Origin: Acutalibacteraceae bacterium
Lineage (GTDB): Bacteria; Bacillota; Clostridia; Oscillospirales; Acutalibacteraceae
Reading direction: 5' to 3'
Assembly (NCBI GenBank): GCA_045121655.1
Contig: JBGVGM010000044.1
Span: 2,825 to 66,824, forward strand
DNA: 64,000 nucleotides
The translations under genes were made by a program, and so were the position numbers. Below are positions 26,942 through 36,708 of this stretch, in pieces; the first letter of the stretch is position 1; each line of letters begins with the position of its first letter. Below the pieces are notes generated by a model. It saw only the letters and a program-made list of their open reading frames with translations. It had not been told where the DNA came from and did not search any database.

Positions 26942-28153
26942 TTACTTTCTTCTCTCTTCTTTCAGGAACATAAACGGTAAAAATCTTGTAAATACTCTTT
27001 CGGTTATTACTACTATTACAGCGAACACCAGAAGAGCAAGTATCTCCTTAACTACACTGCCGACAATATAGTCGCCCACTAAAGCGTAATAAGGCACAAT
27101 TCCGCTTGCGGCAACGGCAACGAATTTAAAAATCTTAACCGGTGTTGATTCTTCTTTAATGCTGTTTCCGCAGGTGTAGGGCATAAACTTACTGAAGAAC
27201 CAGGCAACGGGAATAAGTCCGAAAAAGCATACCAGCGAACCTAATATGAGGAAAATGGGATGGTTTTCGTATTTTCCCGCATAAGCTTCAAACACCAACA
27301 AAAGGGGCTTATGAATACCCATATAGAAGAAGGTGTTCGCACCGATAAAGGTGAGAGCCTTGCTCTGAGGAAGAAGCATTACAAGCATAGCAATTGCCAC
27401 ACTTGAAGCCACTGCACACACGAGGAAAATAATGAACTCCTTGCCGTAGTAGTTGCCGTGGATAGAAATACGGCCGTTGTAACGGCAAAGCACATAACCT
27501 ACACCGAGAAGCACAGCGCAGATTCCGAGATAAAGCACCTTGTTCATTTTGTGAAGGTTTTCCCTCACTGCAAGGTAGCCGTCCATAAGCAGTCTGCCTA
27601 CAAAAATGAGAAGCATAGCTGTAGGTACAACGTTAATGTGCCAGGGAAGGTCTATCTTCTGGAGGCACACACTACCCACCGCTAAAATACTGAGAATCGC
27701 CCCTATAAGCCCTTTGTCACCCTTTGCAACTCTGATTACAAACCACAGACCAACCTGCGCCAGAAACAGAAGCAGAACGTAATAAAGAGGGTTTGAGGGT
27801 GCGCCTATAATGTTGTTGTTACCTACGAGAATACCGATAAGGTAATCCCTGACAGGTACGGGTTTATGGTTTACAACGGACACTTCAAATCTCAGAACAA
27901 AGCTGAGCATCTGAAGCCACACATAAGGTACAAGCATCTTTTTCGCAAGACGCAAGGTAAAATCCTTAAAGCTTGTGTTGTAAACTCTCTCAACATTAAG
28001 GTTAAGCCCCGAAATCATAAAAAACAAGGGCATATGAAAAGAATAAAACCAGGTTTTAAAGCTTTTTCCGATTGACATATGACCGAGAATAACCGTATAA
28101 AAGGCAAGGCCTCTCAGCTGGTCAATCCAGACAATTCTCTTTTTTTCCGCCAT
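26942..28153 (-). CDS. Acyltransferase family 3 integral membrane protein, copy 2 (tandem paralogue)
   Basis: ORF track, 418 aa, trimmed to MAEKKRIVWIDQLRGLAFYTVILGHM (GAGAGGA RBS upstream). Colinear similarity to copy 1 throughout. Confidence 0.8.
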   Translation of the reverse strand: MAEKKRIVWIDQLRGLAFYTVILGHMSIGKSFKTWFYSFHMPLFFMISGLNLNVERVYNTSFKDFTLRLAKKMLVPYVWLQMLSFVLRFEVSVVNHKPVPVRDYLIGILVGNNNIIGAPSNPLYYVLLLFLAQVGLWFVIRVAKGDKGLIGAILSILAVGSVCLQKIDLPWHINVVPTAMLLIFVGRLLMDGYLAVRENLHKMNKVLYLGICAVLLGVGYVLCRYNGRISIHGNYYGKEFIIFLVCAVASSVAIAMLVMLLPQSKALTFIGANTFFYMGIHKPLLLVFEAYAGKYENHPIFLILGSLVCFFGLIPVAWFFSKFMPYTCGNSIKEESTPVKIFKFVAVAASGIVPYYALVGDYIVGSVVKEILALLVFAVIVVITERVFTRFLPFMFLKEERRK

Positions 28154-28351
28154 TTTACAAATCCTCTCAAATTTCACGAGTTTTACACATTGTAGCACAA
28201 TTCGAGCGGAAAGTAAACTGCTTAAAGCTTAAGATTTCTTTTCAGTGTATTAAGTTTTAAAGGATAATGCTTTTGTTCCTAATTTCATGCATCATCTGTC
28301 GGTTATTATATTTTCCTAAAGTGTAGTTTTTATGAAACGGTGTCAAAAAAT

Positions 28352-28387
28352 GGAAAAAACTCTCTTTTTCTTAAAGAAAAGAGAGTT
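28352..28387 (-). terminator. Terminator of the methyltransferase gene
   Basis: AACTCTCTTTT (28358-28368) pairs with AAAAGAGAGTT (28377-28387). The A-run on + (28354-28359) is a T-run on the minus strand. Confidence 0.75.
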
Positions 28388-28392
28388 ATATT

Positions 28393-29043
28393 TTATTTTT
28401 CTGCTTTTAAGGTATATGTATTTTCCCAGCTTTTAAGCACTTCAACAGATTTAAAGCCTGCCTTTTTAAGTGCTTCACTTTCGTGGGCAACCGTCAGCGG
28501 TGTGTCGTAATGATAGAACTCACCGTCGCTTATACCCTGCTCATTTTTAAGGCGAAGAAGCTCATTCTGATAGAAGGTTTCGTACTTGTCATCGGGAGCA
28601 AAGTAGTCCGTCAGAATGAAATATCCATTTTCTTTAAGAGCCGAGTAAAGCTTTTTGTAAAGAGGTATTTTCTCCTCTTTGGTAAAGTGGTGGAGAGATT
28701 CAACAGATACCGCCGCATCAAAAAGATTTTCGCCGAAAGGAACATCAAAATATGAACCTTTAATGAGTGTGATGTCTTTATCCTTGAACTTTTCACTGAG
28801 TGCATTCAGCATACCCTCTGAAAGGTCAATGCCTGTTATCTTTGCAGTAGGCTTCAGCTTGAAATACTCTTCAAGCTCAAGCCCTGTTCCGCAACCTAAA
28901 TCAAGCACAGTTGCGTCTTTATTTTTGGGAAGACACTCAGCAGTAAATGGATAAAACTCAACTGCACCGAGTATGTCCCTTAGCATATGTTCATCGTAAA
29001 AATCAAGTCGGGCTTCAAAAAAGTCAGCCATTTGTTCGAGCAT
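28393..29043 (-). CDS. Class I SAM-dependent methyltransferase
   Basis: ORF track, 221 aa, trimmed to MLEQMADFF (GAGGTG RBS). SAM motif VLDLGCGTG. Confidence 0.8.
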   Translation of the reverse strand: MLEQMADFFEARLDFYDEHMLRDILGAVEFYPFTAECLPKNKDATVLDLGCGTGLELEEYFKLKPTAKITGIDLSEGMLNALSEKFKDKDITLIKGSYFDVPFGENLFDAAVSVESLHHFTKEEKIPLYKKLYSALKENGYFILTDYFAPDDKYETFYQNELLRLKNEQGISDGEFYHYDTPLTVAHESEALKKAGFKSVEVLKSWENTYTLKAEK

Positions 29044-29060
29044 AGTATCACCTCGCAAAA

Positions 29061-29089
29061 ATTATACCACACCTCAACAATAAACGCAA
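29061..29089 (-). promoter_or_regulatory. Promoter of the methyltransferase/acyltransferase genes
   Basis: On the minus strand: TTGCGT (29089-29084), 17 nt, TATAAT (29066-29061), preceded by TGg (extended -10). Confidence 0.55.
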
Positions 29090-29093
29090 TTAT

Positions 29094-29124
29094 TTTGCAT
29101 TTTGAATTTTGCATTTTGCATTCA
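29094..29124. repeat. AAAATGCA-type A-tract repeat block, copy A
   Basis: The minus strand reads AATGCAAAATGCAAAATTCAAAATGCAAAAT. It matches 29 of 31 positions with the + strand at 47861-47891. Confidence 0.7.
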
Positions 29125-29154
29125 AAAAAACAGCCCCCACGATTGTGGAGACTG
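29124..29154 (-). terminator. rpsI terminator
   Basis: The minus-strand hairpin CAGUCUCCAC-AAUC-GUGGGGGCUG (two G-U pairs) is followed by TTTTTTT. Confidence 0.8.
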
Positions 29155-29181
29155 TTTTCTGTAAATCCCGTTCGGGAAAAA

Positions 29182-29580
29182 TTATCTCTTTGAGAACTGG
29201 GGAGCACGACGAGCGCCTTTGAGACCGTACTTCTTTCTTTCCTTCATTCTCGGGTCACGAGTAAGGAAGCCAGCCTTCTTAAGAGCAGGACGAAGTTCTT
29301 CGTCATACTGAAGAAGAGCTCTTGAAAGACCGTGACGGATAGCACCAGCCTGGCCTGTTACACCGCCGCCTGCAACTCTGCAAACGATGTCGAACTTCTC
29401 TGTTGTACCTGTAAGGTTGAGAGGCTGACGAACGATGAGCTTAAGTGTTTCAAGACCGAAATAATCGTCGATATCTCTGTCGTTGATTGTGATTTTACCT
29501 GTACCAGCGTATACACGAACTCTGGCAACTGATTTCTTTCTTCTACCTGTGCCGTAGAAGAACGGTGTTGTTTCGTACAT
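29182..29580 (-). CDS. rpsI: 30S ribosomal protein S9
   Basis: ORF track, 132 aa. ...[12 protein letters not shown]..., C-terminal [10 protein letters not shown]. Confidence 0.97.
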   Translation of the reverse strand: MYETTPFFYGTGRRKKSVARVRVYAGTGKITINDRDIDDYFGLETLKLIVRQPLNLTGTTEKFDIVCRVAGGGVTGQAGAIRHGLSRALLQYDEELRPALKKAGFLTRDPRMKERKKYGLKGARRAPQFSKR

Positions 29581-29601
29581 TCTTTTGTCCTCCCTTTCCT
29601 A

Positions 29602-30030
29602 TTAAAGTTCAACAACTTCGGGCTTCTGAGCTGCGTGAGCGTGCTCTGCACCTGCATATACGCGAAGTCTTGTAAGTGCGTTTCTGCCGATTGTTGTGTC
29701 GGGAATCATACCCTTGATTGCCTTTGTCATTGCGAACTCAGGCTTTGTCTTCATAAGTGTTGAGTACTTAACCTTCTTCATGTTACCGATGTAACCTGTG
29801 TGGTGGTAGTACATTTTCTGATCAAGCTTCTTACCTGTAAGAACAACCTTGTCAGCGTTGATGATAATTACGTGGTCGCCGCAGTCAGCGTGGGGTGCGA
29901 ATGTGGGCTTGTGCTTACCTCTGAGAAGGTCAGCAGCCTTTGCTGCAACATGGCCGAGAGTTTTACCTTCTGCGTCGATGATATACCAGCTGCGAGTAAT
30001 GTCGCCAGCCTTGGGCATATAAGTTGACAT
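29602..30030 (-). CDS. rplM: 50S ribosomal protein L13
   Basis: ORF track, 158 aa, trimmed to [19 protein letters not shown] (GGAGG 8 nt upstream). Confidence 0.95.
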   Translation of the reverse strand: MSTYMPKAGDITRSWYIIDAEGKTLGHVAAKAADLLRGKHKPTFAPHADCGDHVIIINADKVVLTGKKLDQKMYYHHTGYIGNMKKVKYSTLMKTKPEFAMTKAIKGMIPDTTIGRNALTRLRVYAGAEHAHAAQKPEVVEL

Positions 30031-30068
30031 AGCTTTTTCCTCCAATAGTTTATTTTTTATGCTCGCAT

Positions 30069-30097
30069 ATATTATCACAAGACTAAAAAAAAGTCAA
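30069..30097 (-). promoter_or_regulatory. rplM-rpsI promoter
   Basis: On the minus strand: TTGACT (30097-30092), 17 nt, TAATAT (30074-30069). This leaves a leader of only about 35 nt. Confidence 0.55.
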
Positions 30098-30271
30098 CCC
30101 CTTTTTCTTAATTTTTTAATTTACATTTTGTGTTCTTTGATTTTCTCCGTTTTTCTTTGATTTTTATATGATTTGCTCGTTTATGATTTTAAAAAAATAA
30201 TGATAAAATCACATGAGAATGCAACATTTACACCCTTTCAGCGGAACTAATAGTGAAAGGAGGAATGCCAA

Positions 30272-30769
30272 ATGAAAACTCAATCGTTGCGTACGGACGA
30301 TTGTTTTGAGGAAGTTATGGAAAGGTATTCGGATCTGATATACCGTGTAGCTTATGCAAATGTAAAGATCACAGCGGATGCGGATGATGTGTTTCAAGAG
30401 GTCTGGTGCAGGTATTATCAGAAAAATAGAACCTATGACAGTGAAGAGCACAGACGAAATTGGCTCATAAACGTTACTCTCAAATGCTGTAAGAAAATTT
30501 ATTCATCTGTAAGATACCGAAGAACCGTACTTACAGACGATATATCTTTGCTTGAAAACAGACTTCCGCCAAGGGATTTCGAAATATACCATACCGTTAC
30601 AGCTCTTCCTGAAAAATATCGCATACCCATTTACCTTTATTATTACGAAGGCTTTTCCGTAAATGAAATCAGCGAAATGACAGGAACAAACTCCTCAACC
30701 GTCAGAAGCCATCTGAAGCGAGGAAGAGAAAAACTGAAAGAAATACTGGAAGGAGATGTTTTTCTTTGA
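30272..30769 (+). CDS. ECF-type RNA polymerase sigma-70 family factor
   Basis: ORF track, 165 aa. Region 2 (YRVAYANV..ADDVFQEVW) and region 4 HTH (YYYEGFSVNEISEMTGTNSSTVRSHLKRGR). Confidence 0.85.
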   Translation: MKTQSLRTDDCFEEVMERYSDLIYRVAYANVKITADADDVFQEVWCRYYQKNRTYDSEEHRRNWLINVTLKCCKKIYSSVRYRRTVLTDDISLLENRLPPRDFEIYHTVTALPEKYRIPIYLYYYEGFSVNEISEMTGTNSSTVRSHLKRGREKLKEILEGDVFL

Positions 30770-31653
30770 ACAAAGATAGTATAAAAACCATACATAACAC
30801 ATTAAAACCCGACAGAGAGCTTATAGAAAAAACAAAAGCAGCAGCATTGAATCAATGTCCCCGTAAAACTCACACGCCTGCTCTTATTGCCGCCTGTCTT
30901 ATTCTTGTAATCTGCATATCAGCACTCATATCAAAAACTGAAAACGGTGATTTCAGAACTACTTTACCGGTGAACGAAACCACAACTGAAGAAAGCGAGA
31001 TTTTTTACAGCAATCTTATATCCCACAGGAAACAGCCTACATTTAATGTATCAGGATATCAGACTGCAGATATAGACTCGTTTAATGAGAAAATCCTCAA
31101 AGATTGCACAGCTGTCATTGAAGGCGAGATTCTGAGTGCGAGGGAGAAGGAATACACTGTTCTGTATGAATATGATAAGTTTGGCACCAATACGCTTACA
31201 GAGAAGACCAACACCATAATTTATGAAATAAAAGTTGAAAAAGTATGGTGTGGTGATATCAAAGTAAACGAAATAATTACCGTTCAGGATGAGGCGTTTA
31301 CTCTGGATAAAATATTCACCCCTGCTGTGGGAGGAAGCTATGTACTGCCTTTATGCGACTCCGGCGAGAATATAAGAATCGACACATCAGGGCAAAAGTA
31401 TTTAAACGGAGACACCAAAAGAGAGAGCATATACAGTACCCTTTATCCCTTTCATCCTCAGATAGAGCGAACAGACAGAGGATATCTTTTTACTTCTGAT
31501 TGGGTGAGTCTTGTAACCGATGAGACGAAAACCGTTACTGTTGATATTCCTCTTGCAGAAGAATACTATGCCGACAAAATGAGACTTAATTATGCAGATG
31601 TTTTTGAAAGGCAGTTTAAACAGTTGCTCATTAATGTAGGACTTGTTGATTAA
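30766..31653 (+). CDS. Putative anti-sigma factor: single-pass membrane protein with a ~230-aa extracytoplasmic domain
   Basis: ORF track, 295 aa. TTG start overlaps the sigma-factor stop by 4 nt. TM helix ALIAACLILVICISALI. Assigned by position only. Confidence 0.55.
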   Translation: MNKDSIKTIHNTLKPDRELIEKTKAAALNQCPRKTHTPALIAACLILVICISALISKTENGDFRTTLPVNETTTEESEIFYSNLISHRKQPTFNVSGYQTADIDSFNEKILKDCTAVIEGEILSAREKEYTVLYEYDKFGTNTLTEKTNTIIYEIKVEKVWCGDIKVNEIITVQDEAFTLDKIFTPAVGGSYVLPLCDSGENIRIDTSGQKYLNGDTKRESIYSTLYPFHPQIERTDRGYLFTSDWVSLVTDETKTVTVDIPLAEEYYADKMRLNYADVFERQFKQLLINVGLVD

Positions 31654-31725
31654 TTTTCACCGCAGGAAATCACTTTTCCGCGGACCGTCGAGGACGCCGG
31701 TCACTATCAAAGCACAAACAACATA

Positions 31726-31756
31726 TACAAAAAGCCTCCCGCAAAAGCGAGAGGCT
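31726..31756 (-). terminator. rplQ (alpha operon) terminator
   Basis: 10-bp stem 31733-31742 with 31747-31756 (one G-U when read on the minus strand), followed on minus by TTTTTG. Confidence 0.75.
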
Positions 31757-31784
31757 TAAAGTTTTTATTACACTGTATTATCAA

Positions 31785-32126
31785 TTATACAAGCTCGATG
31801 ATGCACATCTCTGCTGCGTCACCACGACGGGGACCTGTTTTGATAATACGGCAGTAACCGCCGTTAACATCCTTATACTTGGGGCCGATTTCGTCGAAGA
31901 GCTTCTTTGTTACATCTTCCTTTGTGATGTAAGCAAGAGCCTGACGCTTGTTGTGAAGTGTGTTTTCCTTGCCGAGAGTAATCATTTTCTCAGTCATGGA
32001 ACGAACTTCCTTTGCCCTTGTAACGGTGGTTTCAATGCTGCCTTTCTCTAAGAGATAAGTAACCATACCTCTGAGCATTGCACTTCTGTGAGCACTTACT
32101 CTACCGAGTTTTCTGGTTCCTGCCAT
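31785..32126 (-). CDS. rplQ: 50S ribosomal protein L17
   Basis: ORF track, 113 aa. [19 protein letters not shown]... Confidence 0.97.
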   Translation of the reverse strand: MAGTRKLGRVSAHRSAMLRGMVTYLLEKGSIETTVTRAKEVRSMTEKMITLGKENTLHNKRQALAYITKEDVTKKLFDEIGPKYKDVNGGYCRIIKTGPRRGDAAEMCIIELV

Positions 32127-32154
32127 TTGAAATCACTCCTTTACTGTAAGTTGA

Positions 32155-33105
32155 TTATTCGTCTTCACTGCGAAGCTCAAGACCGAATGAATGAAGCTTG
32201 TTGATAACTTCATCAAGGGACTTCTTACCAAGGTTACGAACCTTCATCATATCGTCCTCTGTTCTGTTGGTCAGGTCTTCTACAGTGTTGATGCCAGCGC
32301 GCTTCAAGCAGTTGAATGAACGTACTGACAAGTCAAGTTCCTCAATAGTCATCTCGAGAACCTTTTCCTTGGCGTCGTCGCCCTTGTCGACCATAATCTC
32401 TGTTTCGTATGCCTCACCTGAGAGGTCACCGAAGAGAGCGAGGTGTTCGTTGAGAAACTTGGCTCCGAGTGAAACAGCTTCTGTTGCGGAAATGGTTCCG
32501 TTTGTCCAAACTTCAAGTGTGAGCTTGTCGAAACCGATATCCTGACCAACACGAAGGTCATCAATTGTGTAATTTGCCTTAAGAATCGGTGTGTAAATTG
32601 AGTCAATTGCAATTACGCCGATTACAGGCTGCATGAGCTTTTTGTTCTGCTCAGCCGATACATATCCACGGCCCTTGTTTACTGTGAGCTCCATATTGAT
32701 GTGAGCATCTTTGTCAAGTGTACAGATATGCCACTCCGGATTGATAATTTCAACTTCTGAATCGCACTTGATGTCACCGGCAAGAACTTCTCCTTCGCCT
32801 GTTGCATCAATGTACACTGTTTTAGGACCTTCACCGTGAATCTTGAGAATAACGCTCTTTAAGTTGAGGATGATTTCCGTAACATCTTCCTTAACACCGG
32901 GGATGGTTGAAAACTCATGAAGAACGCCGTCAATCTTTACACTGGTGATTGCGTAGCCGGGAAGTGATGAGAGAAGAATTCTTCTCAGGCTGTTGCCTAA
33001 TGTCACGCCGTAGCCACGCTCTAACGGTTCTACGACAATCTTTCCGTAGGTTCCGTCAGCTGCTAATTCTGCAGTTTCGATTCTGGGCTTTTCAATGCCT
33101 ATCAT
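32155..33105 (-). CDS. rpoA: DNA-directed RNA polymerase subunit alpha
   Basis: ORF track, 316 aa. N-terminal domain plus C-terminal domain ([22 protein letters not shown]). Confidence 0.97.
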   Translation of the reverse strand: MIGIEKPRIETAELAADGTYGKIVVEPLERGYGVTLGNSLRRILLSSLPGYAITSVKIDGVLHEFSTIPGVKEDVTEIILNLKSVILKIHGEGPKTVYIDATGEGEVLAGDIKCDSEVEIINPEWHICTLDKDAHINMELTVNKGRGYVSAEQNKKLMQPVIGVIAIDSIYTPILKANYTIDDLRVGQDIGFDKLTLEVWTNGTISATEAVSLGAKFLNEHLALFGDLSGEAYETEIMVDKGDDAKEKVLEMTIEELDLSVRSFNCLKRAGINTVEDLTNRTEDDMMKVRNLGKKSLDEVINKLHSFGLELRSEDE

Positions 33106-33204
33106 GCAAAACCCTCCTTTATCTTTTGTGGATGTGTTTTACGGATATAAACCGACAATCGCTAAAACTCTCTTTCGTCTAAGTAACTACTGATTACTCA
33201 GTTA

Positions 33205-33831
33205 TTACTTAGAGTAGAGTTCTACGATAAGGTGTTCTTCAACCGGTGTAGCGATCTGATCGCGTTCGGGAAGAGCGATTACCTTAGCTTCAAGATTGTC
33301 GCTGTTAAGGTCAAGCCAAGCGGGAACAGGTCTTGATGCGTTAGCTTCGAGAACTGTCTTAATCTTTACGCTGTCGCGGCTCTTAGCCTTAATGGATACT
33401 ACGTCGCCAGCCTTGAGAAGGTATGAAGGAATGTCAACCTTGCTGCCGTTTACTGTGTAGTGTCCGTGTGTTACAAGCTGTCTTGCTTCAGCTCTTGAAG
33501 AAGCCCAGCCAAGTGTGTATACTACGTTGTCAAGACGGCTTTCGCAGATCTTGAGAAGGTTGTGACCTGTTACGCCAGCCTTCTTTTCAGCCATAATGAA
33601 ATACTTATGGAACTGACCTTCCTGAATACCGTAGTAGCGTCTTGCCTGCTGCTTAGCGCGGAGCTGGAGACCATATTCAGAATTCTTTTTGCGGCTCTGA
33701 CCATGCTGTCCGGGAGCGTAAGCACGACGTTCGATAGCACACTTACCTGTGTAGCATCTGTCACCCTTAAGGAAAAGTTTCTTACCCTCGCGGCGGCAAA
33801 GCTTACATACCGCACCTGTATATCTTGCCAT
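33205..33831 (-). CDS. rpsD: 30S ribosomal protein S4
   Basis: ORF track, 208 aa. [16 protein letters not shown]... Confidence 0.97.
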   Translation of the reverse strand: MARYTGAVCKLCRREGKKLFLKGDRCYTGKCAIERRAYAPGQHGQSRKKNSEYGLQLRAKQQARRYYGIQEGQFHKYFIMAEKKAGVTGHNLLKICESRLDNVVYTLGWASSRAEARQLVTHGHYTVNGSKVDIPSYLLKAGDVVSIKAKSRDSVKIKTVLEANASRPVPAWLDLNSDNLEAKVIALPERDQIATPVEEHLIVELYSK

Positions 33832-33846
33832 ATGTTTTTACCTCCG

Positions 33847-34248
33847 TTATACGCGTCTTCTTTTGGGCGGGCGGCATCCATTGTGAGGAATCGGTGTAAC
33901 GTCTTTGATCATTGTTACATCGAGACCTGCTGTCTGTAAAGCTCTGATAGCAGCTTCACGACCCTGTCCCGGTCCCTTAACATATACTTCAACTGTCTTC
34001 ATGCCGTGTTCGATTGCAGCCTTAGCAGCTGTCTCAGCAGCTGTCTGTGCAGCGAACGGTGTTGATTTTCTTGAGCCTCTGAAGCCCATTTCACCGGCAC
34101 TTGCCCATGACACTGCGTTACCCTGCAAATCGGTGATGGTAACGATTGTGTTGTTGAAGGTGGATTGGATATGGGCCGCACCGCGGTCAATGTTCTTGCG
34201 TTCACGGCGACGGCGAATAGTGGTAGCTTTCTTTGCAACCTTAGCCAT
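33847..34248 (-). CDS. rpsK: 30S ribosomal protein S11
   Basis: ORF track, 133 aa. ...[15 protein letters not shown]..., C-terminal [13 protein letters not shown]. Confidence 0.97.
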   Translation of the reverse strand: MAKVAKKATTIRRRRERKNIDRGAAHIQSTFNNTIVTITDLQGNAVSWASAGEMGFRGSRKSTPFAAQTAAETAAKAAIEHGMKTVEVYVKGPGQGREAAIRALQTAGLDVTMIKDVTPIPHNGCRPPKRRRV

Positions 34249-34263
34249 AATTGTATCCTCCTA

Positions 34264-34632
34264 TTATTTCTTCTTATTTGCGATGGTCTTCTTGGGACCT
34301 TTACGAGTACGAGCGTTTGTCTTTGAACGCTGTCCTCTTACAGGAAGGCCCTTTCTGTGGCGAACGCCACGATAGCAACCAATTTCAATAAGTCTTTTGA
34401 TATCGAATGCTGTTTCTCTTCTGAGGTCACCTTCAACCTTTACGTTGTGGTCAATGTATTCACGAAGCTTTGAAACTTCGTCTTCAGTGATGTCCTTAAC
34501 TCTTGTGTCGGGGTTGATACCTGTTGCAGCAATGATATCGCTTGCAGTTTTACGACCAATACCGTAGATGTAAGTAAGAGCAATTTCAATTCTCTTGTCT
34601 CTCGGCAGGTCTACACCTGAAATACGAGCCAT
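34264..34632 (-). CDS. rpsM: 30S ribosomal protein S13
   Basis: ORF track, 122 aa. [14 protein letters not shown]... Confidence 0.97.
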   Translation of the reverse strand: MARISGVDLPRDKRIEIALTYIYGIGRKTASDIIAATGINPDTRVKDITEDEVSKLREYIDHNVKVEGDLRRETAFDIKRLIEIGCYRGVRHRKGLPVRGQRSKTNARTRKGPKKTIANKKK

Positions 34633-34663
34633 TTTTCAGTTGCACCTCCTAATAATTTGTCAA

Positions 34664-35030
<367 letters not shown>

Positions 35031-35037
35031 AATCTTT

Positions 35038-35295
35038 TTACCCTCCTGGGTTCGCTATTTTGTTAAGTGTTTTTCTCAGCTTTCGATCTGTGTTCACTGT
35101 TTCTGTGTCAACTGTGAATTCCGTAAGCTCGATATGCCTTAAGTTTTTAATTTTCGGCTTGCTGAGCCTGCGTTCTTTTCCGTCACACAGGAGAACACGT
35201 TTTTCATCAAAGCCCGCTATCATAAGAAGGTTACCTTTATCGTGACCTCTTATTGATTTTACAATCTGTCCTGTTTTAAGCTCCATGGCTTTCAC
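35038..35295 (-). CDS. KOW-domain RNA-binding protein (the small gene found between map and infA in Clostridia)
   Basis: ORF track, 85 aa. KOW-like [21 protein letters not shown]. Position is conserved. Confidence 0.75.
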   Translation of the reverse strand: MKAMELKTGQIVKSIRGHDKGNLLMIAGFDEKRVLLCDGKERRLSKPKIKNLRHIELTEFTVDTETVNTDRKLRKTLNKIANPGG

Positions 35296-35296
35296 C

Positions 35297-36046
35297 TTAC
35301 GGTCTTGTCAGAATGACGGGACCGTCCTTTGTGATTGCAACCGTATGCTCAAAGTGTGCCGACAGTTTGCTGTCCTGCGTTTTCACCGTCCAGCCGTCGG
35401 GAAGGACTTTGATTTTTGCGGTACCTTGGTTTATCATCGGCTCAATAGCGATTGTCATGCCCGGTAACAGGCGAACGCCTCGGCCGGCTGTGCCGTAGTT
35501 CGGCACACTGGGGTCCTCGTGTAATTCCTTGCCTATTCCGTGTCCTGTGTACTCACGCACTACGGAATAGCCTCTGCTTTCGCAGTAGGTCTGTACGGCT
35601 GATGCAACATCACCGATTTTGCCGCCGGGAACAGCCATTTTGATTGCCTCATAAAGGCTCTCTCTGGTTGTGTCCATCAGCCGCTTTGCCTCTTCGGAGA
35701 TTTCTCCGCAGGCAAAAGTGGCAGCATTGTCGCCGTTGTATCCGCCGATTTTCGCACCTAAGTCAATTGAAACGATGTCGCCTGACTTAAGAATACGCTT
35801 CTTGCTTGGAATTCCGTGAATAACCTCATCGTTTATGGAAATGCACGCAGTAGCCGGGAAACCGTACAGATTAAGGAAGTTGGGTTCGGCACCCTGACTC
35901 TTTATATAATCGTATGCAATTTTGTCGATCTCCCAGGTTGAAATACCCGGTCTGACCGCTTCTCCGGCCACCTGAAGTGCTCCTGCCGAAATTCTGCAGG
36001 CCTCTCTCATGAGCGCCAGCTCACGGCTGGTTTTGAGCACTATCAT
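35297..36046 (-). CDS. map: Type I methionine aminopeptidase
   Basis: ORF track, 249 aa. Metal-ligand context is present: IVSIDLGA, YTGHGIG, FEHTVAIT. Confidence 0.95.
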   Translation of the reverse strand: MIVLKTSRELALMREACRISAGALQVAGEAVRPGISTWEIDKIAYDYIKSQGAEPNFLNLYGFPATACISINDEVIHGIPSKKRILKSGDIVSIDLGAKIGGYNGDNAATFACGEISEEAKRLMDTTRESLYEAIKMAVPGGKIGDVASAVQTYCESRGYSVVREYTGHGIGKELHEDPSVPNYGTAGRGVRLLPGMTIAIEPMINQGTAKIKVLPDGWTVKTQDSKLSAHFEHTVAITKDGPVILTRP

Positions 36047-36048
36047 GC

Positions 36049-36681
36049 TTATTCCTCCAATGCTTTCAGAACAAGTGCGGAAGTGTCAGCCACTTCTTCC
36101 TGTCCTTCAACAATGAAAAGTTTGTTCTTCTTTGCGTAGAAATCCTTGAGAGGTTCGGTCTGATCATGATAAACATTGAGTCTTTCCTTAACCGTATCAG
36201 GATGGTCATCTGCTCTGAGAACAAGCTGTTCACCACAAGAATCGCAAGTGTTCTCTTTCTGAGGCTTCTTGTATTCTGTGTGGTATGAGTTGCCGCAAGA
36301 GTGGCAAACTCTTCTTCCTGACATTCTCGTAACGATTTTTTCGTCGGGAACTTCAATATCGATTACCTTATCGATTTCGATTCCCATTTCGTCAAGAGCT
36401 TCTGCCTGAGGAATTGTTCTGGGGAAGCCGTCAAGGATGAAGCCGTTTTTGCAGTCATCCTCACTGAGGCGTTCCTTTATGATTCCGATAACTACGTCAT
36501 CGGGAACGAGCTGTCCGTTGTCGATAAATGCCTTTGCCTTAAGTCCCATCTCCGTCTGAGCCTTGAGAGCTGCACGGATGATGTTACCTGTGGAAATTGC
36601 AGGGATTGAAAGGCGGTCGCAGATGAATTCTGCCTGTGTGCCTTTGCCTGCGCCGGGAGCACCTAAAAGAATTAACTTCAT
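36049..36681 (-). CDS. adk: Adenylate kinase (zinc-lid form)
   Basis: ORF track, 210 aa. GAPGAGKGTQ P-loop. Lid has CHSCG...CDSCG. Confidence 0.97.
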   Translation of the reverse strand: MKLILLGAPGAGKGTQAEFICDRLSIPAISTGNIIRAALKAQTEMGLKAKAFIDNGQLVPDDVVIGIIKERLSEDDCKNGFILDGFPRTIPQAEALDEMGIEIDKVIDIEVPDEKIVTRMSGRRVCHSCGNSYHTEYKKPQKENTCDSCGEQLVLRADDHPDTVKERLNVYHDQTEPLKDFYAKKNKLFIVEGQEEVADTSALVLKALEE

Positions 36682-36708
36682 GGTAATAATCTCCTTTACT
36701 GAAATTTA

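Noticed and set aside
30031-30068. An L13 leader RNA upstream of rplM.
   Set aside because: The best promoter leaves a leader of only about 35 nt, with no evident conserved hairpin.
31692-31702. The 11-mer GGACGCCGGTC is shared in inverted orientation with 47923-47933 and looked like a dispersed repeat.
   Set aside because: The flanks diverge quickly. A single 11-mer match between two strands of a 64-kb window is expected by chance many times over (roughly window^2/4^11).
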